The notes under the pieces are model-generated. The model saw only the letters and a list, made by a program, of their open reading frames with translations. It searched no databases and had not been told where the DNA came from. A stretch of 64,000 nucleotides of DNA, taken from Octopus sinensis (lineage: Eukaryota). Below are positions 40,191-54,098 of this stretch, one piece after another. Every line of letters begins with the position of its first letter. Position 1 is the stretch's first letter. The stretch is taken from contig NC_043005.1 of assembly GCF_006345805.1 (NCBI RefSeq), positions 44,020,001 through 44,084,000 on the forward strand, read 5' to 3'. The position numbers and the translations under genes were made by a program.

Positions 40191-40857
40191 TCTTCAAATT
40201 TGTGTTTTTGGAGTATATGTTCTATGGCTTTACTCTGTCACTACATGCAACTATTTTCTGTTAAGCAGGCTCAGTGATGTGCACGTTTCAGTCGCATATA
40301 TCAGTGACACATTTTAGTGGCACATTTCAGTGTCTCATTCCTGTGCCACATTCAAATGATGACAGTTAGTTAACCATGTGATAAGTAAACAAAGACTCAA
40401 AATTTGCTTTTTTCTCTGATAAGCATCCTATAAAAGGTGAAAGTGAGGCAGTATGGTAAGAAGCTAGCTTCCCAACCACAATAGTTGCAGGCTGACCAAA
40501 ACTTAGTGAGTGGATTTGGTAGATGGAAACTGAATGAAGCTCATTGTATATATAAATATATTTACATATATAAATGTGTGTGTGTGTGTGTGTATGTATG
40601 TATATATATATATACATATATACATACTTTTTACTTTTTGCTTCTTTCAGTCATTAGACTGTGGCCATGCTGGGGCATCACCTTGAAGAATTTTAGTTGA
40701 ATGAATCAACCCTAGAACTTATATTTGTTTACTTATTTTAAAGTCTTGTACTTATCTATCTCTTTTGCTGAACTGCTAAGTTACAGGAATATAAGCGCAC
40801 CAACAATGATTGTCAAGTAGTAGTGGAGGACAGACACAGACACGCATATATGTATGT

Positions 40858-40916
<59 letters not shown>

Positions 40917-41108
40917 TAAAGCAAATAAGTAATAAGGATGTTCAGGTGTCAGTGCATTACGGCCATTTCTAGAGGTTCCATTTAATTGATCAATGCAAAC
41001 ATTACATCAATTTGAAATAAACTACTCTTCTCAGTTACATACGACCTTGTAAATTTCCAACATACAGGATATTCCGTTATAATTTTAGCCAGTACTACAT
41101 ACTGAAAT

Positions 41109-41960
41109 ACATTGCTTCTTTTTGCTATTATTTTGCTATTATTGTAGGGAAAAAATACCTAAATCCTGCTATAATTTAGAGTGGCTGAATGAAATAATGG
41201 GATCAATAAAGGGGAATGGTGATATAGCTACTTTCGTTTCTATCCTTATCACATTCAACAGACCCAATGCAGCAAGTAGTCTACATCCCATTAAAATTAA
41301 AACCATTGGGAATTGACAATTAAGTTCTTGTTGGTGGTGATAAATTAATGTCAGATATTCTTCCTTACTCTTATTTCATTAAGACCATAAAATCAGTCAT
41401 ACCTATATAAAAGAATATGTCTCAGAAGATGCTAGTTAGATAATAATATAAGGATGAGGTGATAACCTGAAAGAGGAGGGACAGGGGTGACTTAACATAT
41501 TATGATTATCAACTAAAAGGGCCTAAAATGGGAAACAAAGATCATATTAGAAATACAGGGGAAACATATGTATCTAAAGTTAGCAAAGTTTATCTATTAA
41601 AATATTAAGATTTAGAAAAGTATTTAAGGATCCAGTAAGAGAAGAGGATAGATAAAACAATCTAAGCCGTAAGTGTGGGGTACTTATATATAGAAAGAAA
41701 CCTCATAATGCTTATTTCTAGCATAATGTTAACGTGGTAATGATAAAATTGTTCAACAATGAATCTATAATAAAATTCAGATATCATCCAAGTAGGGGTA
41801 TGCATTTTCTTCTGAATCGAAACCAAATATTAAGGGTTAAAAATAAGATAAATATTTTTATAACAGGTACACTTATTTAAAAACCTTTGAAAATATATAT
41901 ATTAAAAAATTACCAACATATTGAAAAAATCTGAATTGATATAAGATATAAAAATATCAT
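41109..41960. repeat. Block X, left arm of long inverted repeat (pairs with 48394-49270)
   Basis: Near-identical pseudo-ORFs at 41122-41316(+) and 49063-49257(-); many shared exact stretches. Confidence 0.9.
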
Positions 41961-42039
41961 ATATATATAGATATACATATATATACAATAAGCTACCAGG
42001 TGTAAACCATTCATTTTATTATCCATTAACCACAACCAA

Positions 42040-45000
42040 TTTCCAATTTCCAGGAGGAAGGTGCTATATGGTAGCATACCAAGATGATGGATAACATAAC
42101 ACTGGATGTTTTGTTAAAGGACATGCCTATACCCAGTAGGAAAGATTATATACATGATCTTTTGGAGGAAATGAATCAATTTGTACATAGAATGCAGTGG
42201 AAAGCTTTCTTTTTTGACAAGGAGCTTAAGCCTGAACATGGTGACCTACTAAGAAAAGTATTAAAATCTAGAAGGAACCCACCAACCAACAAATTTGAAG
42301 AAGAATTATATAGTATAGTCAAGGATGCAAAGTTCAGGAAGTACCTTAGAAGGTGTAATCAGAAAATTACTTGTCGACTTCAAGAATGCTCTGGGGATAC
42401 TTGTTCCAGCAGACAAAACAAGTAACATTTACATTGTTGATATTGAACTATATAAGTCTGTGATTAGGAAAGAATTACGCAGCAAATATAGACATGCTAG
42501 TCATGACGTATTAAGAAAAATTAACCATACAGATATACAAATCGTCCGAGATCTAGCCATAGATGATAGAGCCAAACCCTACATCCCCAGAAAACCCCGG
42601 ATTTTGCTTAAGGGCCATAAAACTAATTTTCTTATTGACCCCTCAGTTAGATTGATTTGTCCTTCTAAATCCGATATAGGCATTATTAGTAAAAAAATCA
42701 TTGATAGGGTAATACCTGTCCTTAAGTCTAAAATTAGATCAGCCCTTGGATGGTTTAAGCTTCTAGAAATTAGTAAGAATAGTAAATTCTTGCAACTAGA
42801 CATAGAGAGCTACTGTGCCACTATCAACCCGATTGTTCTTAATCAAGTCCTGATTTTTAGCATGAAATATTCTGATTTGTCCTGATGTGAAATAGATATT
42901 ATACTTACTGTGCAAGCCACTCTAGTAGATTTTGATGGTAGATTATGGAGTAGATTAGATAGGGAGAATGCATTTGATATAGCAATGGGCTCACATGATT
43001 CTGCTCAGGCCAGTGACCTAGTAGGAATATATATCCTTTCATTAATCTAGTCTTCCTTTCCAAAAGTAACAGGGGTTCTATATAGGGATGACGCTTTATT
43101 TTTTCTAGACAGAAGTAGTAAAATATTGTTAGAAAGGTACAGAAAAAATATCTTAGGCTTTTCAAAAAATTTTGACAAAACACTATTATAGGTAAAGATT
43201 ATCGTAGAGTGAATTTTCTTGATGCTACCTTCTGTCTTGATTCTAGATTATTTGAACTATTTCATAAGCCAAATGATCATATTAAGTACATTAACGTAGC
43301 ATCCAACCATCCACCCTTGATTATACAGGGACTAGGTAAGAATGTTTCTACAAGAATCTCTAGATTATCTGCTAACAATGAAATTTTCAAACCTCATGCA
43401 TCTTATTATAATGCTGCTCTAGCTAGCGCTGGGTACCATGAAAAAATCCAGTATATGTAAGAAGCAGGCATACACAACACTGGTAATTCCTCCAGTTGTG
43501 ATGCACATTGTATACCACCACAACGTTACCATTTGAGAATTCCCTCAGATAAAGAATAGAGGCCAGAAAGAATTGGTCATATCAATGAACTACCAACGAA
43601 AACTCATAGACACACATGACATAATAATTCAACTGCTTGTTCCAATCCTGTGCAACACACTCGATCAAATATACCTAACAACAGATATAGGAATCAGGAT
43701 GTCATCTGGTTCAACCGATTTTTGGTTTGCATGTTTCAAGATCGCTGGAAAATTTTTTGCTGCTTTGGACAGGTGTTTTCCTAAATCTAATCGGTATCAT
43801 GTTATTTTTAATCGACACACCATGAAGGTATCCTATGCCAACTCTGCTAATTTAGAGCAGCTTATGCATCACATAAACAATAGCAAAATGTGGCAAAGGT
43901 TCAGTAACCCATGTAGTGGATCTAGCGAGTGTTTGCATCTAAATACCAAACAAGGAGATGTAAACCACATTGATAAACACCAGCTACGACCAATTTGTAG
44001 TAGTAGAAATACTTATGATACAGCTAGCATGGTAACAATGCCGGTATGTGGAGTTGGAACTGCCATATATACAAATAAATATGATAAATGCTCATGCAGA
44101 GAAAAATCAAAATGTCCTTTGATGAATCTCTGTATGAGTACAAATCTTGTATATAAATGTACTGTGCACACAAGAGGAGGTCCCTATGTTTACATTGGGC
44201 AGACGGCTGGTTTATTTAAGAATCATTATCGTAACCATGTTGCCAACTTTAAAACAATCAATAAGAGACATTCAATATCTTTGGCAGATTTTGTATGGTG
44301 ACTGAAGGAGGATAAAATAGAGTACAGCATTAATTGGTCCATAGTAAGGTATGTGAAACCAGGCAATATAATTTCCAGAAGATACTGTCTCTGCTCCAAG
44401 GAATCCCTATCTATTCTGTGGACTAACGAAAAGATAATAGAATTTCTGAATGACTATCGAAATGCCTACATGCATATAAATGTACTTTCCCACAATGCAG
44501 TGAGAATGAATTTTGAGCAAACATTAACTACTTTAAGGTATGGATGACTTAAGTTTACTTTTAACCTCCCCATTCTAATAAACACTAAGTTGATAAATAA
44601 CTTGCTTTGTGATCATGAGTGCATCAAACCTCACATGTGCATATGCTCACATTTTTGCAAATGCTCGTATGAGTGAGTGTGCTTGCACCATGCAGCTTGT
44701 CTGAGGGCATTTATACATCCATACCTGTTAATTGTTATTTTTTATACTTTCCTCGCTGGATTGTGTGTTCATTTCTCTTTTTGTCATCTGTGATTTTATT
44801 TTTGATCTTCTATATAAATGAAGATATTTCCTCTGTCTGGCTGCTTTTCTCTCTACACAACAGAAAGTTACATTGCGGAACAGTCATTTTAATGAGTTTT
44901 AATTATTTATCACCCGACGAGATACATCTGCACCACTGGATGCTCCTGAATCAGTTGTTGAGTGTCCCACCCAAGAGGAATCAATGCTAGATGTACCAAA

Positions 45001-45057
45001 ACAATTGTTGTGATTAATAATAAATTCTCGTATATTCCATCTTCTGTCTTTCATTGG
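42040..45057 (+). pseudogene. Penelope-like retroelement P1 (RT + C-terminal GIY-YIG + 3' pLTR), disrupted ORF
   Basis: ADKTSNIY; LDIESY; MGSHDSAQASDLVG; YRDD at 43081-43092; NFLDATF; YINVASNHP; CSC-x5-C-x5-C followed by LVYKCTV..YIGQTAG. Several stops and frameshifts. Ends in (TA)n. Confidence 0.92.
44909..45014 (+). ncRNA. Degenerate type I hammerhead in the P1 3' pLTR
   Basis: AUCAC-CCGACGA-GAUACAUCU...AGAUGUACC-AAAAC-AAUU-GUU^GUGAU. Stems I and II are preserved, loop III is palindromic, core has U4C and G12A. Confidence 0.75.
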
Positions 45058-45174
45058 CTATATATATATATATATATATATATAAGGGTAATCCAAACGA
45101 GAAAACAGAAAAAACAACAACACAAGGAGGTGGAACAATTAAAGTATTATTATTAGGCGCTCAGGAAAAAGGGA

Positions 45175-45219
<45 letters not shown>

Positions 45220-45235
45220 ATATATATAATATATA

Positions 45236-46320
45236 TATGAAGTATATAGTGTAATTATAAAATATAGATATATATAAATAAATATAAATACCATATTGTA
45301 TTACATTATATCATTATTACTATAGAGAGAAGTTACAAGCTCCTTCACAATCTATAGAAATTACACCAGTATATATGAAGGTATATAGATATACAAAATA
45401 CAATAATGTAATAAGATATAAAAGAATAAATAAAATAATGTAAAGTAGAATAAATGGAGAAAATATTTGTATAAAATTTTCAATAAGGGATTTATTTGTA
45501 AAATGGAAAAAAGGAAGAAAGAAACAAAGATAAAAATTTTACATTTCAAATGCCATAAAATATGTACAAGATATAAAAAGAGAGATAAAAGATCAAAAAT
45601 AAGGATAAGTCAAGGTATTCATAACAAAAGCTAATTAAAAAAACAATTGAAAAATAAACTAAATAAGATAAAGATACCATTGGAAATGGTTTTATAAGAT
45701 ATTTGTAGAATCATAACAGTTCTTAGCAGGTATTTATTATATTTAAGGAAGGTGTAGGATCTGGTAATCCATTGTAAATATACTTATCATGACTGATAAG
45801 GAAGAAAGTCTTAGCACCAAAGGAGAAGTAACGTAATCTAGATATTGGAGGAATGCAGATTAAACAGGTAGGGGTTATAAGAGGGCAATATTACATAAAA
45901 TTCCATTCAATAGAGGGTATGATATTAAAGATATGACACACCAAATAACTTATGTCACCAAATTATAGTATGATATGTATAATATTATTTGTTTCTAAAA
46001 TATTTGAAGGTATGGGTGATTCTATTCACACAAGATATCCCAAAGTCTAATATATTATTTATTAGGTTATTCTTATCTCTATACTTAAAATTTTTTTAAA
46101 TTTCTGTACAACATAGTTTGCATCCATATTAGCTATCTTTGTATGGCTGAGCTCCTCGTACTATGTCCCATTTAAGGCTAAATTTACTATTGTTTTCTTT
46201 AAGTTCCTAGATTTTACTAGATAATGATGTACCATTAGCTTTATGCCTAAGTCTAAAAGATGAAAGATGGTTATTAAGGCACTTCTTCATATTAATCGAG
46301 TGCCCAGTGTAAATAAAGTT
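45236..46320 (-). pseudogene. PLE P2, 5'-truncated copy: GIY-YIG C-terminus plus 3' region (block Y)
   Basis: Minus strand from 46320: FIYTGHS..KKCLNNHLSSF..ANGTSLSSKI*ELK...LKWDIV..AQPY..GCKLCCTE. Confidence 0.8.
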
Positions 46321-46429
46321 ACTAGTTTCTGTCATCACTGTATATTTGTAAACAACATTTTTGGCTAAACAGTGACCTAATAATGGGCACTGAGATTCTA
46401 GCCTGTAATTGCAGCTGGGAATATTATTG

Positions 46430-46550
<121 letters not shown>

Positions 46551-46800
46551 ATTCATAGTACCACTCAAGTCCATTGTAGTATTATCATGTGTTTTGCCAC
46601 TAATACCTGAATTATGTTTGGCAGTATCAGTGTTTATATTAGTTCTATTGTTCAGGGTTTCTTCATTTCCACTATTATTATGCAGACAATACAGGACAGA
46701 CTTGGTGCCTCAACTTAAGCATCTAATTCAACCGAATCTTAATTATTTTTCAACTTGTCAACTGTACTTATACAACATTAACAGGGTGGAAAGGGTAAAT

Positions 46801-48338
46801 ATGGAATTTTCTCTAAAGGATATCCCCATTCATAGTAAGGATAAATTCATGTGGCTATTAACCCATAGGATTAATGAATTTGTTAGGAGGATGAGGTGGA
46901 TGGTTTACCATCATGAAGCTAAGATGAAGAAAAAAGACCTGGAAACATACAATAAAAATTATTATAAGATTTCAAAAGCAGAAAAAATCCTCCCCCTAGC
47001 TCACTACTGGAAAACTTTGTAAAAGATTTATTCGAACTAATATCTAATATAAAATTCAAGGAACACCCACTTAGGAGAATCTTATACCTGAGGAACTTAA
47101 AGACTTACTTAAATTGCTACAGAATAAACTGGGAATACTTGTGCCAACAGACAAAACAGTGAACTTATATAGATTACACTATGAAACCTATAAAAGACAA
47201 TATTAAAAGAGCTTAATGCCAAATATAGAGTAACCACAGAAAAGAATCTCTTTGATATTAACTTGGAAATTAAAGAAATTATGATGGACTGTGACTTGGT
47301 AGATAGAATGGAATCCAGGAAGCCAAATGAACCCAGAATTAAGCTCAAAGACCACAAAAGGAATTTTCATGATAATCCCTTTATTAGACTTTTTTGCCCG
47401 ATTAAATGAAATATTGGTCAACTTAGTAAATCCATTCTTGATACGATATTACCCCTAATAATTCCTAGTTTATCTCTTAAATTATGGTGTGATACTGATG
47501 AAGTAATAATATTATACATATACTATAATTTGGTGACATAATCTGGTAGGTCATATCTTTCATATCATACCCTCTATTGCATGGAATTTTATGTAATTAT
47601 TGTCTTCTTATAAACCCTACCTGCTTAATTTGCATTCCTCCTATACTTAGATTACATACCCTCTATTGTATGGAATTTTATGTAATATTGCCCTCTTATA
47701 ACCCCTACCTGTTTAATCTGCATTCCTCTATTATTTAGATTACAGTACTTCTTCGGTTCTAAGACTTTCTTCCCTATCAGCTATGATCCTACACCTTCCT
47801 TAAATATTATAAATACCTGCTAAGAACTGTTATGATTCTACATACATATGTGCCTGTAATAATATATCTTACAAATATCTTATAAAACCATTTCCAATGG
47901 TATCTTTATTATATTTTGTTTATTTTTCAATTATTTTTTAATTAGCTTTTGTTATGAATACCTTGACTTAACCTTTTTTTTTTTTTATCTTTTATCTCTT
48001 TTTTTTCATATTCAGTACATATTTTATGGCATTCGAAATGTAAAATTTTATCTTTGTTTCTTTCTTCCTTTTTTTTCCTTTTATAAATCCCTTATTGAAA
48101 TTTTATACAAATATTTTTCCCTTTTATTCTGCTTTCCATTATTAAATTTATTCTTTTATTTCATATTATATCATTGTATTTTGTATATCTATATACCTTC
48201 ATATATACTGTTGTAATTTCTATAGATTGTGAAGGAGCTTGTAACTTCTCTCTATAGTAATCATGATATAATATAATACAATATGGTATTTATATATATT
48301 TATTTATATCTAAATTTTATAATTATGCTATATACTTC

Positions 48339-48345
<7 letters not shown>
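46801..48345 (+). pseudogene. PLE P2, internally deleted copy: ORF N-terminus joined at ~47504 to block Y
   Basis: MEFSLKDIPIHSKDKF..FVRRMRW; PRIKLKDHK..NPFIRL..SKSILD. An exact 42-bp match links 48212-48253 to the reverse complement of 45324-45365. ~88-bp internal tandem duplication at 47567-47743. Confidence 0.8.
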
Positions 48346-48393
<48 letters not shown>

Positions 48394-48398
<5 letters not shown>

Positions 48399-49270
48399 TA
48401 TTTTTATTCCTTATATCAACTCAGATTTTTTCAAAATGTTAGTAATTTTTTAATATATATATTTTACCAAGGTATTTAAATAAGTTTACCTGTTATAGAA
48501 ATATTCATCTTATTTTTTAGCCCTTAATCTTTGGTTGTGATTCAATAGAAAATGTATAACTCTACTCGGTTGATATCTGAATTTTATTATAGATTCATTG
48601 TTGAATAATTTTATCATTACCACGTTAACATTATGCTAGAAATAAGCATTATGAGGTTTCTTTCTATATAGAAGTACCCCACACTTATGGCTTAGATTGT
48701 TTTATCTATCCCTCTTCTCTTACTGGATCCTTAAATACTTTTCTAAATCTTAATATTTTAATAGATAAACTTTGCTATCTTTAGATACACATTTTTTCCC
48801 CTGTATTCCTAATTCACATGCTTAGATCTCAATATGATCTTTGCTTCCCATTTTAGGCCCTTTTAGTTGATAATCATAATATGTTAAGCCACCCCTGTCC
48901 CACCTTTTTCAGGTTATCACCGCATCTTTATATCATTATCTAACTAGCATCTTCTGAGACATATTCTTTTATACAGGTATGACTGATTTTGTGATCATAA
49001 TGAAATAAGAGTAAGGAAGAATATCTGACATTAATTTATCACCACCAACAAGAACTTAATTGTCAATTCCCAATGGTTTTAATTCTATGGAGATGTAGAC
49101 TACTTGCTGCATTGGGTCTGTTGAATGTGATAAGGATAGAAACGAAAGTAGCTATATCACCATTCCTCTTTATTGACCCCATTATTTCATTCAGCCACTC
49201 TAAATTATAGCAGGATTTAGGTATCTTTTCCCTACAATAATAGCAAAATAATAGCAAAAAGAAGCAATGT
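48394..49270. repeat. Block X, right arm (inverted)
   Basis: Reverse complement of 41109-41960; separated from block Y only by (TA)n. Confidence 0.9.
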
Positions 49271-49346
49271 GTTTAGTCTGTAGCACTAACAAAAATCTGC
49301 TACAAAAATTCTAATGGAGTATCCTGTAAGCTGGAAATCTATATGG

Positions 49347-49820
49347 AGTAGTCAAACCCAGCAGGTGTCACTGTTGACTGTCTGTTAGCTTGGCGATGAC
49401 TTTTGATACCCAGTGCTGCTGCTGTAGTCTCATTTAGAGAGATTTAGAAATAATAATATTTCTATTTTTGAAACCCAGTGGATGTTTCCACTGAATATAT
49501 ATAAATCTTTGATCATAGAGCCAACAGCAACACCTGCTGGGTTCGACTACTTCTGATAAAGGGCAATTTGCACATTGATAAAGAGCAAATACTCTGAAAC
49601 TAATCTGTGGATGTCCGAACCAGCATGGGGAAGCTGATAACCTCCCCTGTTCGAAGGTTGTAATGGATACAGGTTTGTGTATCACATAGCTAGCTAGAGG
49701 TAATGGCCTCTTAGAGTTAATTAATGGCAGCATTCATCCTATTTTTCTGGACTACCATGTTAGCTTGACAATAACTATTAATACTCAGTACTGCTGCTGT
49801 AGTCTCCTTTAGAGAGATTT
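49347..49820 (+). mobile_element. Rearranged element of the 7000-7243 family with an HHR-like motif at 49553-49610
   Basis: CUGAUAA-AGGG-CA-AUUUGC..GCAAAU-A-CUCU-GAAAC. 49347-49377 is inverted relative to 49521-49551; the 3' end segment is present twice. Confidence 0.55.
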
Positions 49821-50264
49821 AAATATATATATATATGACCTGCTTTTTTCAGCTTCCATATACTTGCATAAGATGCCAGGCAGAGTAACTGACCCTAAAA
49901 CCATGTGGTTGGGGTGGAAATTTCTAACCACACCACCATATATGTTTACAGCTATGTCTCTGTGTTTGTGTCTCTCTGCACAACTACTTAACAAATGGTG
50001 TCAGTTTGTTTATGTCCTTATAACTTAGCAGTTCAGCAAAGAGATCCAATAAAATAAGTAACAGGCTTTAAGACATAAGTGCTGAGTGTGGGTGAAATTT
50101 GTTCAAATAAACCCATCAAAGTGGTACTCCAGCATGGCCACCGTCCAATAACTGAAACATGTAAAAAATTAAAGATAATGCAAAAGTATATCTGACCTTG
50201 ACAATAAATATCTTTTGAAAGACTTTTGGGTGTTTGCTATGGGAAATAAATTGGAACTCCATCG

Positions 50265-50540
50265 GTTATGATGACATGGGTTCCAGCTGATCTGCTCATG
50301 AAATTAATGTGCAAGTGGTTGAGGACTCCACAGACACATGTACCCTTACAACTGTTCTCAGGGTGACTCAGCATGACACAGAATATGATAAGGCTGGCTC
50401 TTTGAATTACAGGTACTACTCATTTTTGCCAGCTGAATAAACTGGAGCAATATGTAATAAAGTGTCTTGCTCAAGAACATGATGTGCTGCCACATATCGA
50501 ACTCACAACCTAATGATCATAAGCTAAATAACCTAACCAC
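50265..50540 (-). mobile_element. SINE family A
   Basis: Shares the body of 27850-28128. Confidence 0.7.
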
Positions 50541-51349
50541 TTAGCTACCCACCTTCATGGCTTTCAATTCAAGTTCTAAAACTGTAAGAAAATATGTTGC
50601 GTACAGAACTGTGTTTCCAGATTTGAAATCACTCTCTTTTCTTAGTCTTCTGTTTACTGAATTGTTGGCAGTTTGACTTCAAGCCAGTTATTCTCTTATA
50701 GATCTTGTCGTAAAGGTAGAACTTAAGTGCTTGCTTTAATCACTTTGTGCATTTCTTATAACACAAGTTCCTGTGTGTATGTATGTGTAAATATTTGTTG
50801 TTTGGCTGCAGCTGAACCATGAACAAGTTGCCTAATGATCAAAAACATAGTCACAAACATTCTGCCTTTTTAAAGGGATTTCTAGGACTACATAATCTAA
50901 TGTGTGCTTTGCTTATTCACAGAAGAGGATGTAACAGAAGGAATACTTATTCACAGAAGTGAATGTAACAGGGAATGTCTTTGATCATAGGTCTGCTTAA
51001 TCAGGGCTGCTAACTTTGGGCTAAACAAAAGCAAATAACATCTTATTGAGAAAGGGAAAAATCATTAGAAACCATTTGTAAAAGACCTTTGACAAATAGA
51101 GTTGTTAATGCTGTCATTGTTAATACATTTATATTCAATTGAATAATTGCTAGAATCTGAGGAAGATGTTTTCTCTATTACAAAAAAAAAATATAAAATT
51201 TGGACACAATATGACTGAATTTTCATAAATGTGATCAATGAACAAATTAACCAATCTCATTTTATTTTTTTAAAGTTTTATGTTTTTGTTGATAAAACAT
51301 AACATGTGACCAAGGGATTTATAAATACTTACAAATGACAAGGGACCTC

Positions 51350-51705
51350 AAGATATGATGATTTGTTGTACTTGATAAGATATGTGAAGCTAAGTAAAAC
51401 CACTGTCTTCCACACATACAGGCTTGTCTTCTCAGGTGCCAGTACCACTTAAAAAGCACCCTTGCCAATGTTGTGTTAATGCACCCATACCGGTGCTGCG
51501 TAAATGCACCCATGCCAGTGGAATGTAAAAAGAACTCAGCACATTCTGTTAAACAGTTGGCATTAAGAAGGGTATCAAGCCATAGTAACCATGCCACAAC
51601 AGATAGTTGGGGGCCTGGATAGCTCCCTGCTAGTCAGCTCCATGTCAAACTATCCAACCCATGCCAGCATGGAGAGCAGACATTAAACAATGATGATGAT
51701 GACAA
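51350..51705 (+). mobile_element. RTE 3' UTR/tail relic
   Basis: aacccatgccagcatggagagcagacattaaacaatgatgatgatg terminus. Confidence 0.7.
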
Positions 51706-51823
51706 ATGTTTTCGTCAATAAACAACATAAATAAATCCTAAACAAAAATAGATTTAAGCAAATGTGATGAAATAAATAAAAGTCTGGGCAGTCATCTCAG
51801 AAGAAGAAGATAATATATTTTAA

Positions 51824-52259
51824 CCCTTTAGCATTTAACCCTTTCGTTACTGTATTTATTTTGAGATGCTCTGTGTTTCTTTCAATTACTTTAAATATAA
51901 GAATTTAGTAAAATAACATAGTTATCCTTCAGCTAGTGTTAGGAACATAAATTGTGACGAAAGTTTGGTGGAAGGTTTTAATTTAAAACTTATGAAAACA
52001 AGACATTTGTACTCAGAACCAGAGCTGGTTTCAGCCGGGTTAGTAACGAAAGGGTTAAACCATCTATGACCAAAATATTCAGCCTGTTTTATGTTGAAAC
52101 CATCCAGGTCCAGCCTCACTCATCTACCATACAATGTTGTTCTAAATCTAAATAACCACATCGACAAAATCTTTAAGTTACAAGATAATGACTGACTAAT
52201 TCAAAGCAAGGTGAATGAATAAACTTCACATTTGACAGAATAATCTGGAAGCTAAAGGG
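51824..52259. mobile_element. piggyBac-like MITE with a second MITE (51839-52054) nested in its left terminus
   Basis: Outer: TTAA-CCCTTTAGC...GCTAAAGGG-TTAA. Inner: TTAA-CCCTTTCGTTAC...GTAACGAAAGGG-TTAA. Confidence 0.85.
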
Positions 52260-52904
52260 TTAAAGTATTTTACTTACATAACTTTGAAAGCCCATCTGGA
52301 AAACATCCAGACAAACATTTGATTCATCTGCATAAACAAGACAAAACGTAAAATTGGCCTTTACCATAAACAAATCTGTGATGACTTTAGCAGGACACAA
52401 ACAGCATACTGTAATAAGACTGGTTCAAGAACATTATAAAAAAAAGTTATGTAAATTCATGAAGTCTGATATTCTTGACGATTTCTATGTTTGTTTTTGA
52501 AAATGTGAGGAATTTAGAAATACTCACCACAATCAGCAAAATACATATGAAATTATAAGTAATCCTCCAAAAAAAAAAAAACTCTTCAGTCTCAAGGTAA
52601 ATTGACTTTGGTAATGAAACCTGATGACAAACCAATAAATGTTAACATGGATAGTTCTGATGGAGCTGAGATTTGTGAATATTATGTTTATGCAGCATGA
52701 TTGAATGGTTAATAGGGTAATAGGTTAGCTTCATTATCATGAGATCTCAGGTGGCACCTGGTCTTTTGCTCTGGGTCAACTTAAGCATTGTGAGTGAAAT
52801 TAGGTAGATCAAAACTGTTCAGAAACCCACTGAATGGATTGTACCTGTAATCTGAAAGCCTGGTCACATCACACTGTAGTATACTGATTCTGCCAAGATT
52901 TATG

Positions 52905-53265
52905 TAAAAGGACAATTGACTGGTAAGTCCCTTAACCCTTTGAGGGTCTTTGGGGCACTGCAGCCATGCAGCATATCTAGGGCAAGAAAGCCTGGCAGAG
53001 CCCATCCCTTCCCAGGCAAAACACATTTCTACAGCAGAGTGAACTTGAGCAATGTGAAATTAAGTGTTTCGCTCAAGAATACATCGGATTGCCCAGTCCA
53101 GGGATTGAAATCACAATCCTACATTTGTGAATCCAACACCCTAGCCACGAAGGGACATGCCTCCACTAGTGGTACTCATTTCTACAGCTGAGTGGACTGG
53201 AGCAACATGAAGTGAAATGATTTTTACTCAAGAACACAATGCATCACCCAGTCCAGGAATTGAAA
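52905..53265 (-). mobile_element. SINE family A, two overlapping/tandem copies
   Basis: ccagtccagg(g)attgaaa(t/c)cac..gtgaatccaac occurs twice. Confidence 0.7.
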
Positions 53266-54098
53266 CCACAGTCTTATGATTGTGAATCCAACATCCTAAC
53301 CACTAAAGAACATATGTCTAATTGAATGAGCAAGTAGTTCAGTTGATTGAATAACTGGGTACTCATCAAGGAAAACAATAGAGATTTATTTTATGTACTT
53401 AATATGCTGTAAAGTAAATTTCATATTTAAAGACCAGAAGTCTGGTAAGTTAAGGGAAACTCTAATTCAAGCATTCAGAATGTTAGACTTTTTCCTTTCC
53501 ATCAGAAATTTCTGTGGAATTAACTTCAGAAACATTTCACTGGATGCCTACCAAGTAATACCAACCAGATAATTAACACATATAATTAAATCATCAAACC
53601 AATACATCATCCATTATTCCACTAATTAGGTTAGATCATCAATGGAGTTTATACATGGTCATTCAACCAACAAGCAGTATCAGCCAAATGTTCTTTAAAC
53701 CATACCTAACCATCTTAACTCAGGAAATAACAGATTGGATTAATGCTATCCTTGGCAAACTCCTCAAATGGTCACGTCTGGAAAATCTTGATCATGGACC
53801 TGCTCAATCTGGCTGAGTTAATCTCAAAAAGTAGACATAAAAGCAAATATTGGTTGATATTCCATAATTTATGAACCAATAGCAAATCTGTACATTGCCT
53901 GACTAACAAGACTAATAGAGTTTCACTGCCAATGACTGGAGTTAGTAAGACACTGAGAACAGTACATTACATTAATTTTCTCATCTTCATACACAGCAAA
54001 TCTGTCTCAAAATTAATGAAATAATGTAAGTGCATAAAGCCAATTATTGCAGTTGCAGTGTCTATTTTTGGTTTATGTTGTAATCCTTAATGTAGGAT

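Noticed and set aside
41436-41577. GAAAC-ATAT-GTA with possible TTAGA/TCTAA stem I in block X
   Set aside because: No CUGANGA core and no stem II, and the motif is not conserved in the inverted copy.
42883-44303. In-frame TGA codons in P1 as possible selenocysteine recoding (reported for some PLEs)
   Set aside because: The TGAs fall at positions that are not expected to be Cys. TAG/TAA stops and frameshifts are also present, so ordinary decay explains them.
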